Shown in pieces: positions 1 through 12,165 of a DNA stretch of 64,000 bases. The stretch comes from Octopus sinensis (lineage: Eukaryota): NCBI RefSeq assembly GCF_006345805.1, contig NC_043006.1:105586001-105650000 (forward strand), written 5' to 3'. Within the stretch, counting starts at the first letter, position 1; every line of letters begins with the position of its first letter. Made by a program: the position numbers and the translations under genes. The notes under the pieces are model-generated. The model made no database searches and was not told the origin of the DNA. It saw only the letters and a program-made list of their open reading frames with translations.

Positions 1-352
1 GTAGCTATAGGAGTTATTTGCTATGTTGTGAACGGTGCATTGGTATACGACATTGAATCTTCTGCATTGGGCTTGCAGCGAGCAGTCTGTCCCAGATTTA
101 TAGTTGCAGCTATCAATTCTACGATGGTTACTTGGGGAGAGAGATGAGGTGTTGCTGGTAGTGGCTGGGGTAGTATTAGGTAAATCGTTCGTGATATTGC
201 TGTTATTATTGTCGTCATTTGTAGTATTAATATTAACGCCAGTATTACCATTGCTATAATTATCGTCATAACCGTTATCGATATCTCTATAATAATAATA
301 ATGATAATAATAATAATAATAAAATTAATAATAATAATAATAATATAAAATC

Positions 353-401
<49 letters not shown>

Positions 402-515
402 ACAGCAGCGGCAGCGGCAGTAGCAGCATTGAGTTGGTAGTAGTGTTAATATTAGCAGTGGTAGTGGAGGTGATGTTATTATTGCAACAACTAGTAGTTA
501 TGTAGTAGTAGTTAT

Positions 516-566
<51 letters not shown>

Positions 567-705
567 TAGTAGTAGAGTAGTAGTAGTAGTAACAGCAGCG
601 GCAGCGGCAGTAGCAGCATTGAGTTGGTAGTAGTGTTAATATTAGCAGTGGTAGTGGAGGTGATGTTATTATTGCAACAACTAGTAGTTATGTAGTAGTA
701 GTTAT

Positions 706-755
<50 letters not shown>

Positions 756-1240
756 TTCAGTAATGGTAATATTGCCGTTGGTGCTAGTATCAATATTATT
801 GCTAGTCCTATTAGTAGTTGAAGTATAGGAATTTTTTCTTGTAGTGATTATATGATTAGTATTGTTAGTATCAGTATGCCTATTAGTGGTTGCGTCGGTT
901 TCAGCCGTGCGCCCATTACCCTCCGACGTGGGTAATTACGTATGTTGAAGTTGTTTAAATTGGTCTGGCCAAGAGTATTAGATACACCATTGCGATCAGT
1001 GTTAGTGTTTTCATTGTGTAAGGTCTATGGTAGGGTTTATGCATTTAGATAGTAAGAGCTAGGTTTACGTTTGTTACATGAGGTAATAATAGATTCTATA
1101 TTTGGTGTAGATGATTAGGATAATTTCAAAGTGAATCTGTTGAATCTGTTAAAGATAGAATGGTGCTTGTGGTTACGTGGGAAATTAGATTCTACAACTT
1201 TAAAGAATGCTTTAGCGAGACATTTTAAGTGAATGGAAGT
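1..1240 (-). mobile_element. Penelope-like element remnant (RT C-terminus, expanded linker, start of GIY-YIG endonuclease; runs off the window edge)
   Basis: Minus-strand translation of ~1240-1040 gives FFKVVESNFPRNHKHHSIFNRF..LKLS*SSTPNIESIITSCNKRK (PLE pattern F..IDKHFP..HKLHKIFNR.T.K.SYSC.PN...II..HN). 120-1 gives SCNYKSGTDCSLQAQCRRFNVVYQCTV (Cys-rich lead-in plus VVY of GIY-YIG). The 5' junction abuts (TA)n at ~1249. Confidence 0.8.
290..760. repeat. (TAA)n/(TAG)n tracts with a ~190-bp tandem duplication inside the PLE linker
   Basis: AACAGCAGCGGCAGCGGCAGTAGCAGCATTGAGTTGG... starts at both 401 and 591, each copy flanked by (TAG)n. Confidence 0.9.
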
Positions 1241-1248
1241 GTATTCCT

Positions 1249-1357
<109 letters not shown>

Positions 1358-1863
1358 TTATAATAAGGATAATATCGATATTTAAATATCGATACTATCA
1401 AGTGGCCAGCATGGGAATAAATACCTTACAACTGTAAATAAGAGTATCTGAGAGACACCACCATGCCGAAATAGCAGTCAAATCCCTGACTCTAGAAATC
1501 ACCTTAAATGTTCACATCGCACCATGAGATAAGACAGAGAGACAAAATAAACTGGCAAAAAGATATTAGTGAATAATTCAAGATCCTGGATTTCTAGCTT
1601 TGCTTCAAATAAGCTCTGCCTTCGTTAGTTGAATATATCAGATGGGCAATATATATATATATATGTCTGTAATTTATATATTTTTCGGCGTCCCTGCTAC
1701 ATATGCGGTGACATTAGTGAACAAATGTGCTTTTGTGCATATACATATTTGGGCATTTGCGTTGGTGTAACGTTGCGTTTGATCAACTGAGATAGAATGG
1801 GTGAAAAAGACAACGAAAGCTAGGAGTGGGAAGGAGAACATATATATATATGTGTATGTATTA

Positions 1864-1899
<36 letters not shown>

Positions 1900-2270
1900 T
1901 ATCACATGCAAGCAAGCATACATAATAGCATTGACTGAACACTTTAGAGTATCTGCTTCATTAAACTTTGGGAGACAAAGTTAAATACTTTTTTTATGTG
2001 AAGTTACAGAAAGTATACAAACACACACACACACTTAAACACACACACACACCAGCTCCGCACACACATATGTTTGCATATTAATATCTATTGTTGTATA
2101 ACGTAGAATTATGAATATTTCGGCAATGACTCCTGCATGGTTATTACATATTATAACAAAACACTGAAGCTCTCTATCAGAGAAGTTTGTAATATATATT
2201 GTGTGTTTGTACATATATATATATATATATGTATATATATAAGCTCTGAGTTTAATCCTAGGCGTTAAGA

Positions 2271-2324
2271 GCAGCTGGTGAGGATTAAAATGGTCTACAT
2301 CTAAATCCGAAATCGCGATCCGGC
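2271..2324 (+). ncRNA. Type-I hammerhead ribozyme motif, unit 1
   Basis: GCAG CTGGTGA GGATT..AATCC GAAA TCGCGA TC CGGC: core with A6>G, 5-bp stem II, palindromic stem III (ATCGCGAT), AUC cleavage triplet ending at 2320. Confidence 0.7.
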
Positions 2325-2610
2325 CATATACGCTGGGGGCTTACTCCTCTTTGTCAGTCATTAAGACAGTATGTTTGTGGCTTTTGAGTTATTTTAACTC
2401 TTATCTTTAGCAAAATCTGTGCTAGTTAGTTCCCTCTGTCACTTTTGAGACCTCTATTAATTTTGCATTTAGGTTCTAATTGCTAATAAGCCACCCTTTT
2501 AATTTGTTGCATACACTTTTACCGTTTTGAAAATCAGCACAGGTCTTCAACGGTTTTTTTTTTTACATAAGATTAACAGAGGTAGTTGAGTTTCGCTCTA
2601 GGCGTTAAGA

Positions 2611-2664
2611 GCTGCTGATGAGGATTAAGAAGGTCTACATCAAAGTCCAAAATTGCCATACGGC
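2611..2664 (+). ncRNA. Type-I hammerhead ribozyme motif, unit 2 (degenerate)
   Basis: GCTG CTGATGA GGATT..AGTCC AAAA TTGCCA TA CGGC: intact CUGAUGA, stem I GCUG/CGGC, GAAA mutated to AAAA, AUA triplet ending at 2660. Confidence 0.6.
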
Positions 2665-3797
2665 TATGTTCGCTGTGGAATTACCTCCCTTTGCCAATCA
2701 TTAAAACAGTGCGTTTCTGGCTTTGGGGTTATTTTAATTCCTATCTTTAGCAAAAGCGGTACTAGTTAGTACCTTTTTTTACTTATTAATTTTGCCTTTA
2801 GGTTCTAACTGCTGATAAGCCACGCTTTTAATTTATTTGATACACACACACACACACACACAGGTATTGTACATACACACACACACACACATGTGTGTAT
2901 GTGTGTAGGTATGTACAATACCTTTCCATGCAGTTTCTCTCCACCTAACTCATTCACAATGAATTAGTAGAAAATACTTTCCCGAAGAACGCGTTGTGGG
3001 ATTGAAACCAAAACATATGGTCTCAAAGCGATCTTCTTAGCCATGCAGCCATGTCTCGGTATATCTGTGTGTGTGTGTGTGTGTGTTGTGGTATTATGTA
3101 TAATTTACTATTGGATACAAACACACGTAAGCACACACGCACATACACATATCTAGCACAAAGGAATACGGATATTAAAATCCAGGCTAATGAGCTGTCT
3201 GTTGAAATCCGAACATGGCTAACCATATTGAGCAATAGGAAACATGAAGAACCATGTAGATCAAACAATTATAGTTGTACTCTCATTCAGTTGATAAATC
3301 TTGAGTTGACTTTGAAAGATTTCATGTAAAATTCCAGAGTATATTTAAAAGACAATAAACAAAGGAGGGCGATACATCTTTATTAAAATTCTCTAACATA
3401 TAAGATTCCAAAATGTGTTTCAGTTATATATGAGTTATTGGGTCCTTACACGCGATGGATCTGTGCAACTAATCGATTCATATCAAATAAATTATAGTAA
3501 AATGCCGATTCGAAGATGGACGCTAATATACAACTCTGCCAATACGTTCCTGTAAGGAAGAGACAGACAGACAGACAAATAGCTAATAGCATTTACTCTC
3601 AATCACATATGCAAAGGTAATATGTACCATAAATTTCCAGATCACAGGGGAGTTACCAGTAGACAAAAACACTTCTAGCACTTGTCCTTACTGAACATCC
3701 AGAATGTGACAGCTAGAGAGAGACAGGACTATATCCTTTTCTACTCTAGGCACAAGGCCCGAAATTTGGGGTGAGGCAGCTGGCCGCCTTTTATCAG

Positions 3798-3894
3798 TTA
3801 TGAAATTGCGATGCGATTGATGCAGAATGCTCAGGCACAAAACTTTCACCAAATTGCTTCAGAAAAGTTATTGTTTCAGAACATACATAAAGAA
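3798..3894 (+). CDS. Possible isolated internal exon (unidentified protein)
   Basis: CCTTTTATCAG|...AAAGAA|GTAAGG; 97 nt, open frame YEIAMRLMQNAQAQNFHQIASEKLLFQNIHKE; no recognised homology; the acceptor lies next to a SINE remnant. Confidence 0.2.
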
Positions 3895-4186
3895 GTAAGG
3901 AAGAGGAGTCAAACGCGAACATAATCGTGTTTTTAATACGTCTTTGATTGAAAAACTGCTCCTTATATACACATACACACAGTCGTACACAGAATGACAC
4001 ATGCATAAGCATGTGTGTGTGTGTGTGTGTGTGCTGGCGTGCACGTGTGTATGCATGTATGTAACTTTGTAGGAATATATACATATATATATATACCGGA
4101 GTGAAACACATAAATGTGAAACAAAGTGGAAAAAAGAGTACTCAAATACCAGTGGTAGAGTAATATGCTTTAAATAAAGTATATAT

Positions 4187-4217
<31 letters not shown>

Positions 4218-4315
4218 CATACATAATACATACACAGACACACACGGACCACATAACATATAAACATAATATATAACATACATAAATATACATACATAAT
4301 ACATACATACATATA

Positions 4316-4362
<47 letters not shown>

Positions 4363-4534
4363 TATGTATGTATGTATGTTGTATGTATATATATATAAGG
4401 TGCTAACAGCTAAACACTACTTTTGATTGCATATCGTAAAGCTCATTCTCTCTATTAATAAACTGGTTACTGTTTCTTCAAAATGTAGATATCACTATTA
4501 TTATACTGTATAATGCGTGGTATATACATATATA

Positions 4535-4635
4535 ATTGAGAGAAAAACCTCCATTAATCAATTCAATAGTGAAAGACGTTATTCACACCATAATATCTTT
4601 CCCTAATTGTTTTTAATAGAGGTTTTTCTCTCAAT
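4535..4635. repeat. Short element with 23-bp inverted termini next to TA-rich sequence
   Basis: ATTGAGAGAAAAACCTCCATTAA (4535-4557) vs TTAATAGAGGTTTTTCTCTCAAT (4613-4635), 1 mismatch. Confidence 0.75.
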
Positions 4636-4816
4636 ATAAATCTATTTTAATAATAAATATGTGAATTTGATTTAGAATTCCTAATTGAAACTTTCCCTGT
4701 AAGTTTGAATTATATTCCCTACTATTATCATTATTATTATTTATTTATTGTTATTATAATTATTATTATTTTATTATTATTATTATTATTATTATTTTTT
4801 ATTATTATTATTATTA

Positions 4817-6207
4817 TATGTTTGACTTTTGCTTTGCATTTGCACAAGCTGGCTCCAAGTCTCACCAAGAGACCTGAAGAGACAACAAGTTGGAAGTTCA
4901 TGTTGGTGTTATGCCTAGGGTGCCATATATTTGGTTTTGTACTTAGTGTTGTACTAGTGAATGCCTAAAACACCATACGAAAATCATGTTTGTTTTAAAA
5001 CTTGAGATTACATACAAAGTATTTTGCCTAGGATATGAGCAGTTCCCCTGAGCACTATCTTTTGAATTTCTGCCATTTTGGAGTTTCCTGGTATCTGAGT
5101 TAGGTAGCAATCAGCTCTTTTTGCTATCATTCCCAGGGCACCTATTATTTTTTTTTTCTTCTTTCAAATTTGCTTCCATTTCTTGCCGGGTGTCTTCCCG
5201 ACTCCTAGGGCAAAGAAACTCATAGTATACATTGGTAGGCCATTACACCAAACTCAATAGTTCGTTCATTTTTTTAAATTTTCTTTTAAGTTAAATTAAA
5301 ATACATGAGCAGCAACAGTTCTCACATCGATAATGCTCTTCTCAATACGTGTGATGTACCAGTTAAGACAATCTTTTGCACTTCTTGCAGGGATGGTAAG
5401 CCAGGGATCATTCTCATATAATTTTCTGTTCCCTTCTTGATCATTCCTAGTGCTCCTACGATCACTGGTATTGTACCGCCTTGAGATGCCACATTTTCTC
5501 AATTTCAATGAGTAGGTCTTTATATTTTCTGAGCTTGTCAAACTCTTTCGCTGAGATATTATGATCACAGGGATGCTCATGTCGATCAATAAGCAAACTT
5601 TATTGTTTTGGTCTTTCACAACAATATCTGGTTTATTGGCCTTGATGGTTCGGTCTGTATGTACTGGAAAGTCCCACAGAATGGTTACATTTTCTCCTTC
5701 AGTTACAGCCTCAGGGTGTGATTATACCACTTGTCGGCAGTTTTGATATTGTAATGCCGACTATTAGCCAGTGTAGATATTGGCCACTCTGTCATGTCTT
5801 AATTATACTCCCTGGTGCTAAGACTTTACATCCAGAGAATAGGTGGTCCACTGTTTCAATCATGTCGTTGCAGAATCGGCATTTTGGGTCTGCTCCATTT
5901 TTCATCACATTGCCTGTAGTTCCGGGTTAATAGGCTTTGATTTTGAGCAGCCAGGATGAAACCTTCGCTCTCTGCTTTTAGCCCTGAGCTCCGTAGCCAC
6001 TGATGGGTTTGCTTCTGGTCAACATCAGCTTGTTTGCTGCGGGCCACATTTTGCCGTGCAGAGGTTTCTCCTCCACCTATCAGCCATTGCTCGTGCGCTT
6101 TTTTCGTTGCCATTATTTTTACCTTCTTTGCAACATAGTTGCCGTACTTCCCTCGGGTTGTTCTGTTGGGTATCCTGCACGAGATCAATAGCAATCTTTT
6201 GCTTTCC
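4817..6207 (-). mobile_element. R4/Dong-like non-LTR retrotransposon, 3' part (RLE endonuclease), truncated by the assembly gap
   Basis: HQWLRSSGLKAESEGFILAAQ; CCHC knuckle CRFCNDMIETVDHLFSGC; RLE motif NKPDIVVKD...LLIDMSIP; ends LTGTSHVLRRALSM* (stop 5322-5324); frameshifted; the 3' UTR runs into (TAA)n at ~4720-4816. Confidence 0.9.
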
Positions 6208-6307
6208 NNNNNNNNNNNNNNNNNNNNNNNNNNNNNNNNNNNNNNNNNNNNNNNNNNNNNNNNNNNNNNNNNNNNNNNNNNNNNNNNNNNNNNNNNNNNN
6301 NNNNNNN
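6208..6307. other. Assembly gap (100 N)
   Basis: Run of 100 N. Confidence 1.
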
Positions 6308-7109
6308 TATATGTATGTTTGTGTTATGTGTGTGTGTTAAGCTCGTGTGTAAGTGTTTCCTGCTTGCGTGAATGTACCTGGCATACGTGGAAAAGGGTAG
6401 ACGACTGGAGGTAAGAGAGATGACGCCCTTCCTTATATATTGAATACCGCCCCTTCACTTCTGTAACATCTCGTAAAAAGTGTCATCTTCAGTGTGTAAG
6501 AAATTCTTATTGTTGATGTTTGCTTTTTTTCCCCTAGATAAACACTGATACGGTTAGCCTATGATTAGTGGAATTCCAGTCGTGATAACAGGGTTACTTT
6601 TCAGTTATAATTTATCAACGAATGCATTATATGACGTGTCAATGTGTCATACATTTTAAGACGGTACTATGTGATTATAGGCTGATTTGTGAGCGATACA
6701 TCACTCACTCCAGCAGCTCAAGCGACACCGTAGATACTTAATTGTGTGTTAGTGAATCCTTAATATGTAAGCTGTATCTTTACGTTTAATCCCAATGTAA
6801 TTATTTCTGATGTTGAAAGAAACTTTCGTAATATAGAACCTCAATTACTTAAATCTTTAATTACTTAAATATGGGGTCTGCGCCGTTTTCTAATTAAAAT
6901 ATCAGCTAATAATATAACTTCTTATCAATCATCTAATATCGTCGATAGTGCGTTGTAATAGTTGTAGCATAATCATATTTTAGCTTATTGGTTAATACAT
7001 ACATACACCCATACACACACACCCATCCATCCATCCATCCATCCATCCATCATCCATCCATCCATCCATACATACATATACAGTCATATAACGACAAATT
7101 CTCACAGAA

Positions 7110-7331
7110 GAGTGGGGTGCTAAAACGTTCCTGGCTTTGGATAAAAGAAAATACAGGATGAGGATCAGTAAATCATGATTTTAATCAACATATTCCCTTC
7201 TGAGATTCATATACTTATTGCAGCGGTGATTCAGTTTTTCTAAGCCCTGTAAAAGAACTCGGAAGGTTAGAACTCCAGCCAATCCTTTCGCGATACCCTT
7301 AAAGCCAGGAACTATACAACACCCCCTCGTA
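7110..7331 (+). mobile_element. Mariner-derived MITE (~220 bp)
   Basis: Inverted ends GGGGTGCTAAAACGTTCCTGGCTTT / AAAGCCAGGAACTATACAACACCCCCTCGTA; internal sequence homologous to 57195-57419. Confidence 0.8.
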
Positions 7332-7559
7332 TATTTGTTTCCGTGACAGATTTTAAGATGCTCCTTCTAAATAGAAAACCCTTTATATTGCATCCACGAA
7401 CACTTGATAAAGCTCACATGTAAAGACTTTACCACAGCAGATTAAAAACCTGAGAAAATATAAGCGATTCAATAACTGGCAATGTTTAATTATATTGATA
7501 AAAGTCCGTACCGTTTTTCAGCACACACACACAAAGATTGACATTTCAACACAGCTTTT

Positions 7560-8280
7560 TGTACGATTACTGTGTGAATGGTTTATTTCTACTACTTTTA
7601 AGTTAAATGTGAACATGTAGGAAAACATGATACATTTTCGTCATGTGTTGCTCTTTTATTTCTAGGAATGAAAAGAAAAAACGCTACACAAGCTGAAAAA
7701 GAAAAAAAAAGGTACGTGCAGGTTTTGAAGATGGTACCACAACTAAGAGGACTGTCCGTAAGTGCTTTGTTAGGATTAGGGGTGAAAATTTTGATCTAGA
7801 AGATCGCGAACATTCCCGTAGGTATACAGTCGTTGATGATCTCTGTATCGAAACGTTAATTAAAAATAATCCAAGTCACATGACAAGCGATATCGTAGAG
7901 ATACTCCACATAACTCGTATAAGCATTAGAAAGCATTTAAAAACAATTGGATACGTGAATCGCTATAATATTTGGGTGCATATTTTAACGGAAAAAATCT
8001 GAATGGATTGCATTTCGATCTGCGATTCTTTGCTCAAACGTAACAAAAAGGGTTCGTTTTTGAAAACTACGACCACAGGTGATGAAAATATATTGTTTAA
8101 AATAATGTGAAGCGAAAAATGTCTTGGAGAAAACGACATCGACTATCTTCGATCATTTCAAAAAGCTGTCAATATCTGAAGAAGACGAGATGCTATGGAT
8201 CTTGTAGGAATGGAATATCCTGTGCATTATGAGCTCCTTTCGCGAAATTAGACGTTGAATTCAGACAATTACTGTTCCCA
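7560..8280 (+). pseudogene. Degenerate mariner transposase fragment
   Basis: FDLEDREH(S), then after a frameshift CISICDSLLKRNK..FLKT.TTGDEK.I, and VHYELL; several stops and frameshifts. Confidence 0.7.
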
Positions 8281-8514
8281 GTAATTGCAGATTGGGCATG
8301 TTTTTATAGCATGCTTTGTGACTCCAGCCTGAAGATTGTTTGGAGAAACAAGGCTTGTTATAAGAACCTGTCTAAATCCACTAGTACTAGTAGCATATAT
8401 ACATATGTATAAATGAACTCACAGTGTATGTGTGATCTGAATGTCATTTAATATTTTCTTCTTTAATTCATCATACTTTTATTACTAATGTGAGTATTGT
8501 GATTGCTTAGCAAC

Positions 8515-8695
8515 AGCAGGCAATTCCTGATCGAGCAGACCTTTGATCAAAAATGTGTTTTTGTATAGCATTTTATATATTCACATTGTCCATCATGCCC
8601 TTCCTTTGTTGAGACCAGAGTGTGACATTTGATGGAGATTTAGTGGCTATTTGTTGCAGAACGGGCGACTGCATAAGGCTCCCTTATCTCATAAT
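8515..8695 (+). repeat. Dispersed repeat of unknown class (related copies at ~9370-9560, 47170-47270, 49590-49770)
   Basis: Shared CCTGAT(C)GAGCAGACCT.TGATCAAA...CCATC...GAGATTT.GCTG.TATT blocks, aligned by eye. Confidence 0.55.
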
Positions 8696-9959
8696 AATTT
8701 ATTCCCATTTGGGGTAAGATTATAGCTGACTGCTGTAATCAGTGGCGGCACTGTAAAACTGAATGAGTGTTTCGCTAGCTGGTGGCATTAAGTTCTATGT
8801 CATCTAGTTGGGCTAACCAGTGTAGATCGGGGAGATCAGGACAGAAACCTCTATTAACAAGGCTCTATTTACAGCTGAATCACTATTGCTTCAGTGTGAA
8901 CTCAGAACTAAACGACAGGCAATTTAGTAGCGAAATGAATATATTTGATGTATGGTAATTCTTTTCTTCTTTCTAAGAAACACACATATCAGCTAGCTTC
9001 ATTTCCCTTGCTCCCATGGGTATAATTCGTAGAAGGATACTTACCCCACGACCCAATATGTTATGTGAGAATCACCGTTTAATCCAGCTTATTACTGCCT
9101 CTTATTTTATCTTGAGAAATAACAGAAGTCGATTGAATCCATCGTTTTACTTTTAGGTCAACTCGGTCATTGTCAAAATTAGCATTAATTAGCATCAATT
9201 AGCATAAGTGTATTTTCCCAGGGTCAAGGTTATACTAAGTCAAATAAATAAGATCAGGAAGAAGTAAAAAATCTCATTGGTTTTAAAATTTCATTCTGTT
9301 TCGTTGCTCAGCATTTTATATTTCATATTCTCCATTCATTAGTCATAGAGTTGTTGTTGTTGATTAATCACAGGTTAGCCCTGACTGAGTAAATGTATGA
9401 CTGCAAAAGCGTTCTGGCCATGGCCATCCTATCTTTTTACCGATATTGCATATCCTGAATTACATTATTTCAAGATTGTGTGTGTGTGTGTGTGTGAGAT
9501 TTGAAGGAATTTACCTGCTATTTTTGGCAGATCAATCAACCATAAATACGCTCTCTAATTACTTCACTCATAGTATTGTAATATATCTAAGTTAGCTTGG
9601 TAGTAACTGTGCTAACTGTAGAACTTCTTTTCAACGCATAAGTACAAATAGTTATACTCAGAATATATTTAGTTATACTCACAGTAGGGCTCAAAATCAA
9701 CATAGCTCGTCAATTACATAGTACCCCCACTGCCTACACTAGCAAGTTATACCTACTCCTGCTATCAATTTAATGGATTGACCTATTTGGGAGTTAAGTA
9801 CCTTCCTTATATTTTAATCAAGAGGGAAGGCAGTGCTCATGACACTTTACAAGGCTCCGAAACTAAAGGAAAGTAGGGGAAATGTATCCTCAAACCAGAC
9901 ACTGAACGAAATCTGCCAAAGGCACCTAAAGTGCTAGATGTTAAAAAAAAAAAGAAATA

Positions 9960-10130
9960 GACGATAGATTGAGCCGATGACCCATGTAGGTCATATCAAG
10001 ATTTGAACTCACAACGCAAAGAATCGGAAGAAATCCCTCAAGGCATCTGATTTTGCTTTCTGCCACTTTACCACCCCGGACTGATAGATTTTTATCGTCT
10101 CTCAAAGGAAGACAGGTAAACTTAACCTCG
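9960..10130 (-). mobile_element. Degenerate tRNA-derived SINE, family C
   Basis: Reverse complement resembles the GGTGAGCTGGCAGAA head, GAGTTCAAATC B-box and CCTTTCATCC.TTCGGGGT core of 46783-47015. Confidence 0.55.
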
Positions 10131-10504
10131 ACAGGATTTGAACGCGTTTCAATAAAGTTTTGTTTCAAGCAATAAAGTTCATTGATTCCCAGTCTGCGTG
10201 TCTAGACCCTCACAGACACGTGATCAGGATGGGAAATAAACTTGGCTTCTGTGTTGCCTATTTTATAGGAGTTGAATTTATGTAGACTTCATCGAAAAAA
10301 TTGGACCGTTAGGTTTTCACGTTATCGGTTACGTGTTCATTTATTTTATACTTGTGAAATTTACATTGACGTAGTTTTACCGCTATATATCTATCTATCT
10401 ATATCTATCTATCTATCTATCTATCTATATATCTATCTATCCTATCTATCTATCTAATATATCTATCTAGATATATATCTATCTATCTATCTATCTATCT
10501 TATC

Positions 10505-10537
<33 letters not shown>

Positions 10538-10570
10538 ATATATTCTATATATATATATATAATAGAAAAA

Positions 10571-10800
10571 TTAAATTAGAGATAAAACCACTATTAGGCA
10601 ACTCAAACAATGATAGATATAAGCCAAAACATAAAAAACAAATATAACTAATATAATATATAATATATATATAAAATAAAAATTTAAAATTTAAATTATA
10701 AAAATTTTAATTTTATTTTTTTTATAAAATAACTAATTTATACTGTGAAATTTGATTTAATCCTAAATCTAATTTTTCCCAGTAAGTTTAGATATACTTT
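10571..10800 (+). repeat. TA-associated short element (inverted copy at 12430-12582)
   Basis: Starts TTAAATTAGAGATAAAACCACTATTAGGCAA; the reverse complement TTGCCTAATAGTGGTTTTGTCTCTAATTT occurs at ~12548-12576; related termini at 4613-4635 and 32320-32342. Confidence 0.6.
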
Positions 10801-10814
10801 CTAACATAATAATA

Positions 10815-10857
<43 letters not shown>

Positions 10858-11364
10858 TATTATTATTATTATTATTATATATATATGTATGATGGTAAAG
10901 ATACGTCAATGTAAATTTGACAACTACAAAACAAAAAGAACAAGATAATTACCCCGATAATTAATCATGCGAACAAATGGATATGATACCATTCGCACAC
11001 ATTCTAAGTCCAATAGTTTAGAGGTAATGTATGTTTAATTTAAATGGTAATTGTCAATTTTATTAATTGCATCAAGTTTAGAAGATTCTTTTTCTCTCCA
11101 TCTATTTGATATCCCTTTTATTTTTATTTTTAATTAATTTTCATACATTCATTCCTTTACTTTTCTCTGTTTTATTTTCATTAAATTTTTGTTGTTGTTT
11201 TTGTTTCGCTTTGGTTTTCAATTTTAATTTGGGTTTATCTCCACTTAACTCTCCTGTAATTTACTCTACCACCCTATTTAAGAATCATATCTTAACCTTC
11301 CGATATCACTGTGTCAGTGATATCCGGTCCTATAATTTAAGGTACGAGTAGTCTTAGTTTTATT

Positions 11365-11783
11365 CTTTACTCTTTACTCTTTTATTCGTTTCAGTCATTT
11401 GACTGCGGCCATGCTGGAGCACCGCCTTTAGTCGAGCAAATCGATCCCAGGACTTATTTTTGCTAAGCCTAGTACTTATTCTATCGGTCTCTTATGCCGA
11501 ACCGCTAAGTTACGGGAACGTAAACACACCGACATCGATTGTCAAGGATGTTGGGGGGACAAACATAGACACACAAACATATACACACACATACATATAT
11601 ATATATACATATATATATACGACGGGCTTCTTTCAGTTTCCGTCTACCAAATCCACTCACAAGGCTTTGGTCGGTCCGAGGCTATAGTAAAAGACACTTA
11701 CCTAAGGTGCCACGCAGTGGGACTGAACCCGGAACCATGTGGTTGGTAAGCAAGCTACTTACCACACAGCCACTCCTGCGCCT
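11365..11783 (-). mobile_element. tRNA-derived SINE, family A (internal CA/TA microsatellite, (AAAGAGT)n-type tail)
   Basis: Head GGAGTGGCTGTGTGGTAAGTAGC...GGTTCAGTCCC on minus; near-identical copies at 21612-22023 and 61426-61826. Confidence 0.9.
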
Positions 11784-12165
11784 ATTGTTTAATTAGCTGT
11801 TATAGTTTATTTCTAAACCTTGATTTCTAGTTCTATGAATTCCAGGTAATTAAGTAGATAGATGTTGATGCTTGAGGCATAACATAATTAGCAGCACCAT
11901 AGCTGCCTTTTAGTTTGTACACTTCCTCCCTCACACACTGTCCCAAACTATAGTAGCCGACGTCAAAATCCTGCTATCGGCCATAAAGAGGTTGAAGGGT
12001 ATAAAATTTCTTTACAGGGTGTCAATACTATTCACATGTAGCAAAAAAGAACAACAGCTTAAGGTTGATGGCTAGAAGCAGGCGGCCTAATTTTGTATAA
12101 AATCTACACTGACCAAATTCCTTCCTCTTTCTTTTCTTCTTTTTCTTTGACAGCTGATTTGTTTT

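Larger units (their letters stand above)
2243..2840 (+). mobile_element. Non-coding 340-bp tandem repeat, one hammerhead per unit (retrozyme-like or PLE pLTR tandem)
   Basis: GGCGTTAAGAG at 2261 and 2601; the diverged units align along their length; preceded by (TA)n, ended by (CA)n; no ORF. Confidence 0.75.

Noticed and set aside
8325-8360. AGC-CTGAAGA..GAAAC..GCT motif
   Set aside because: No stem II pairing and no NUH triplet; at most a decayed remnant.
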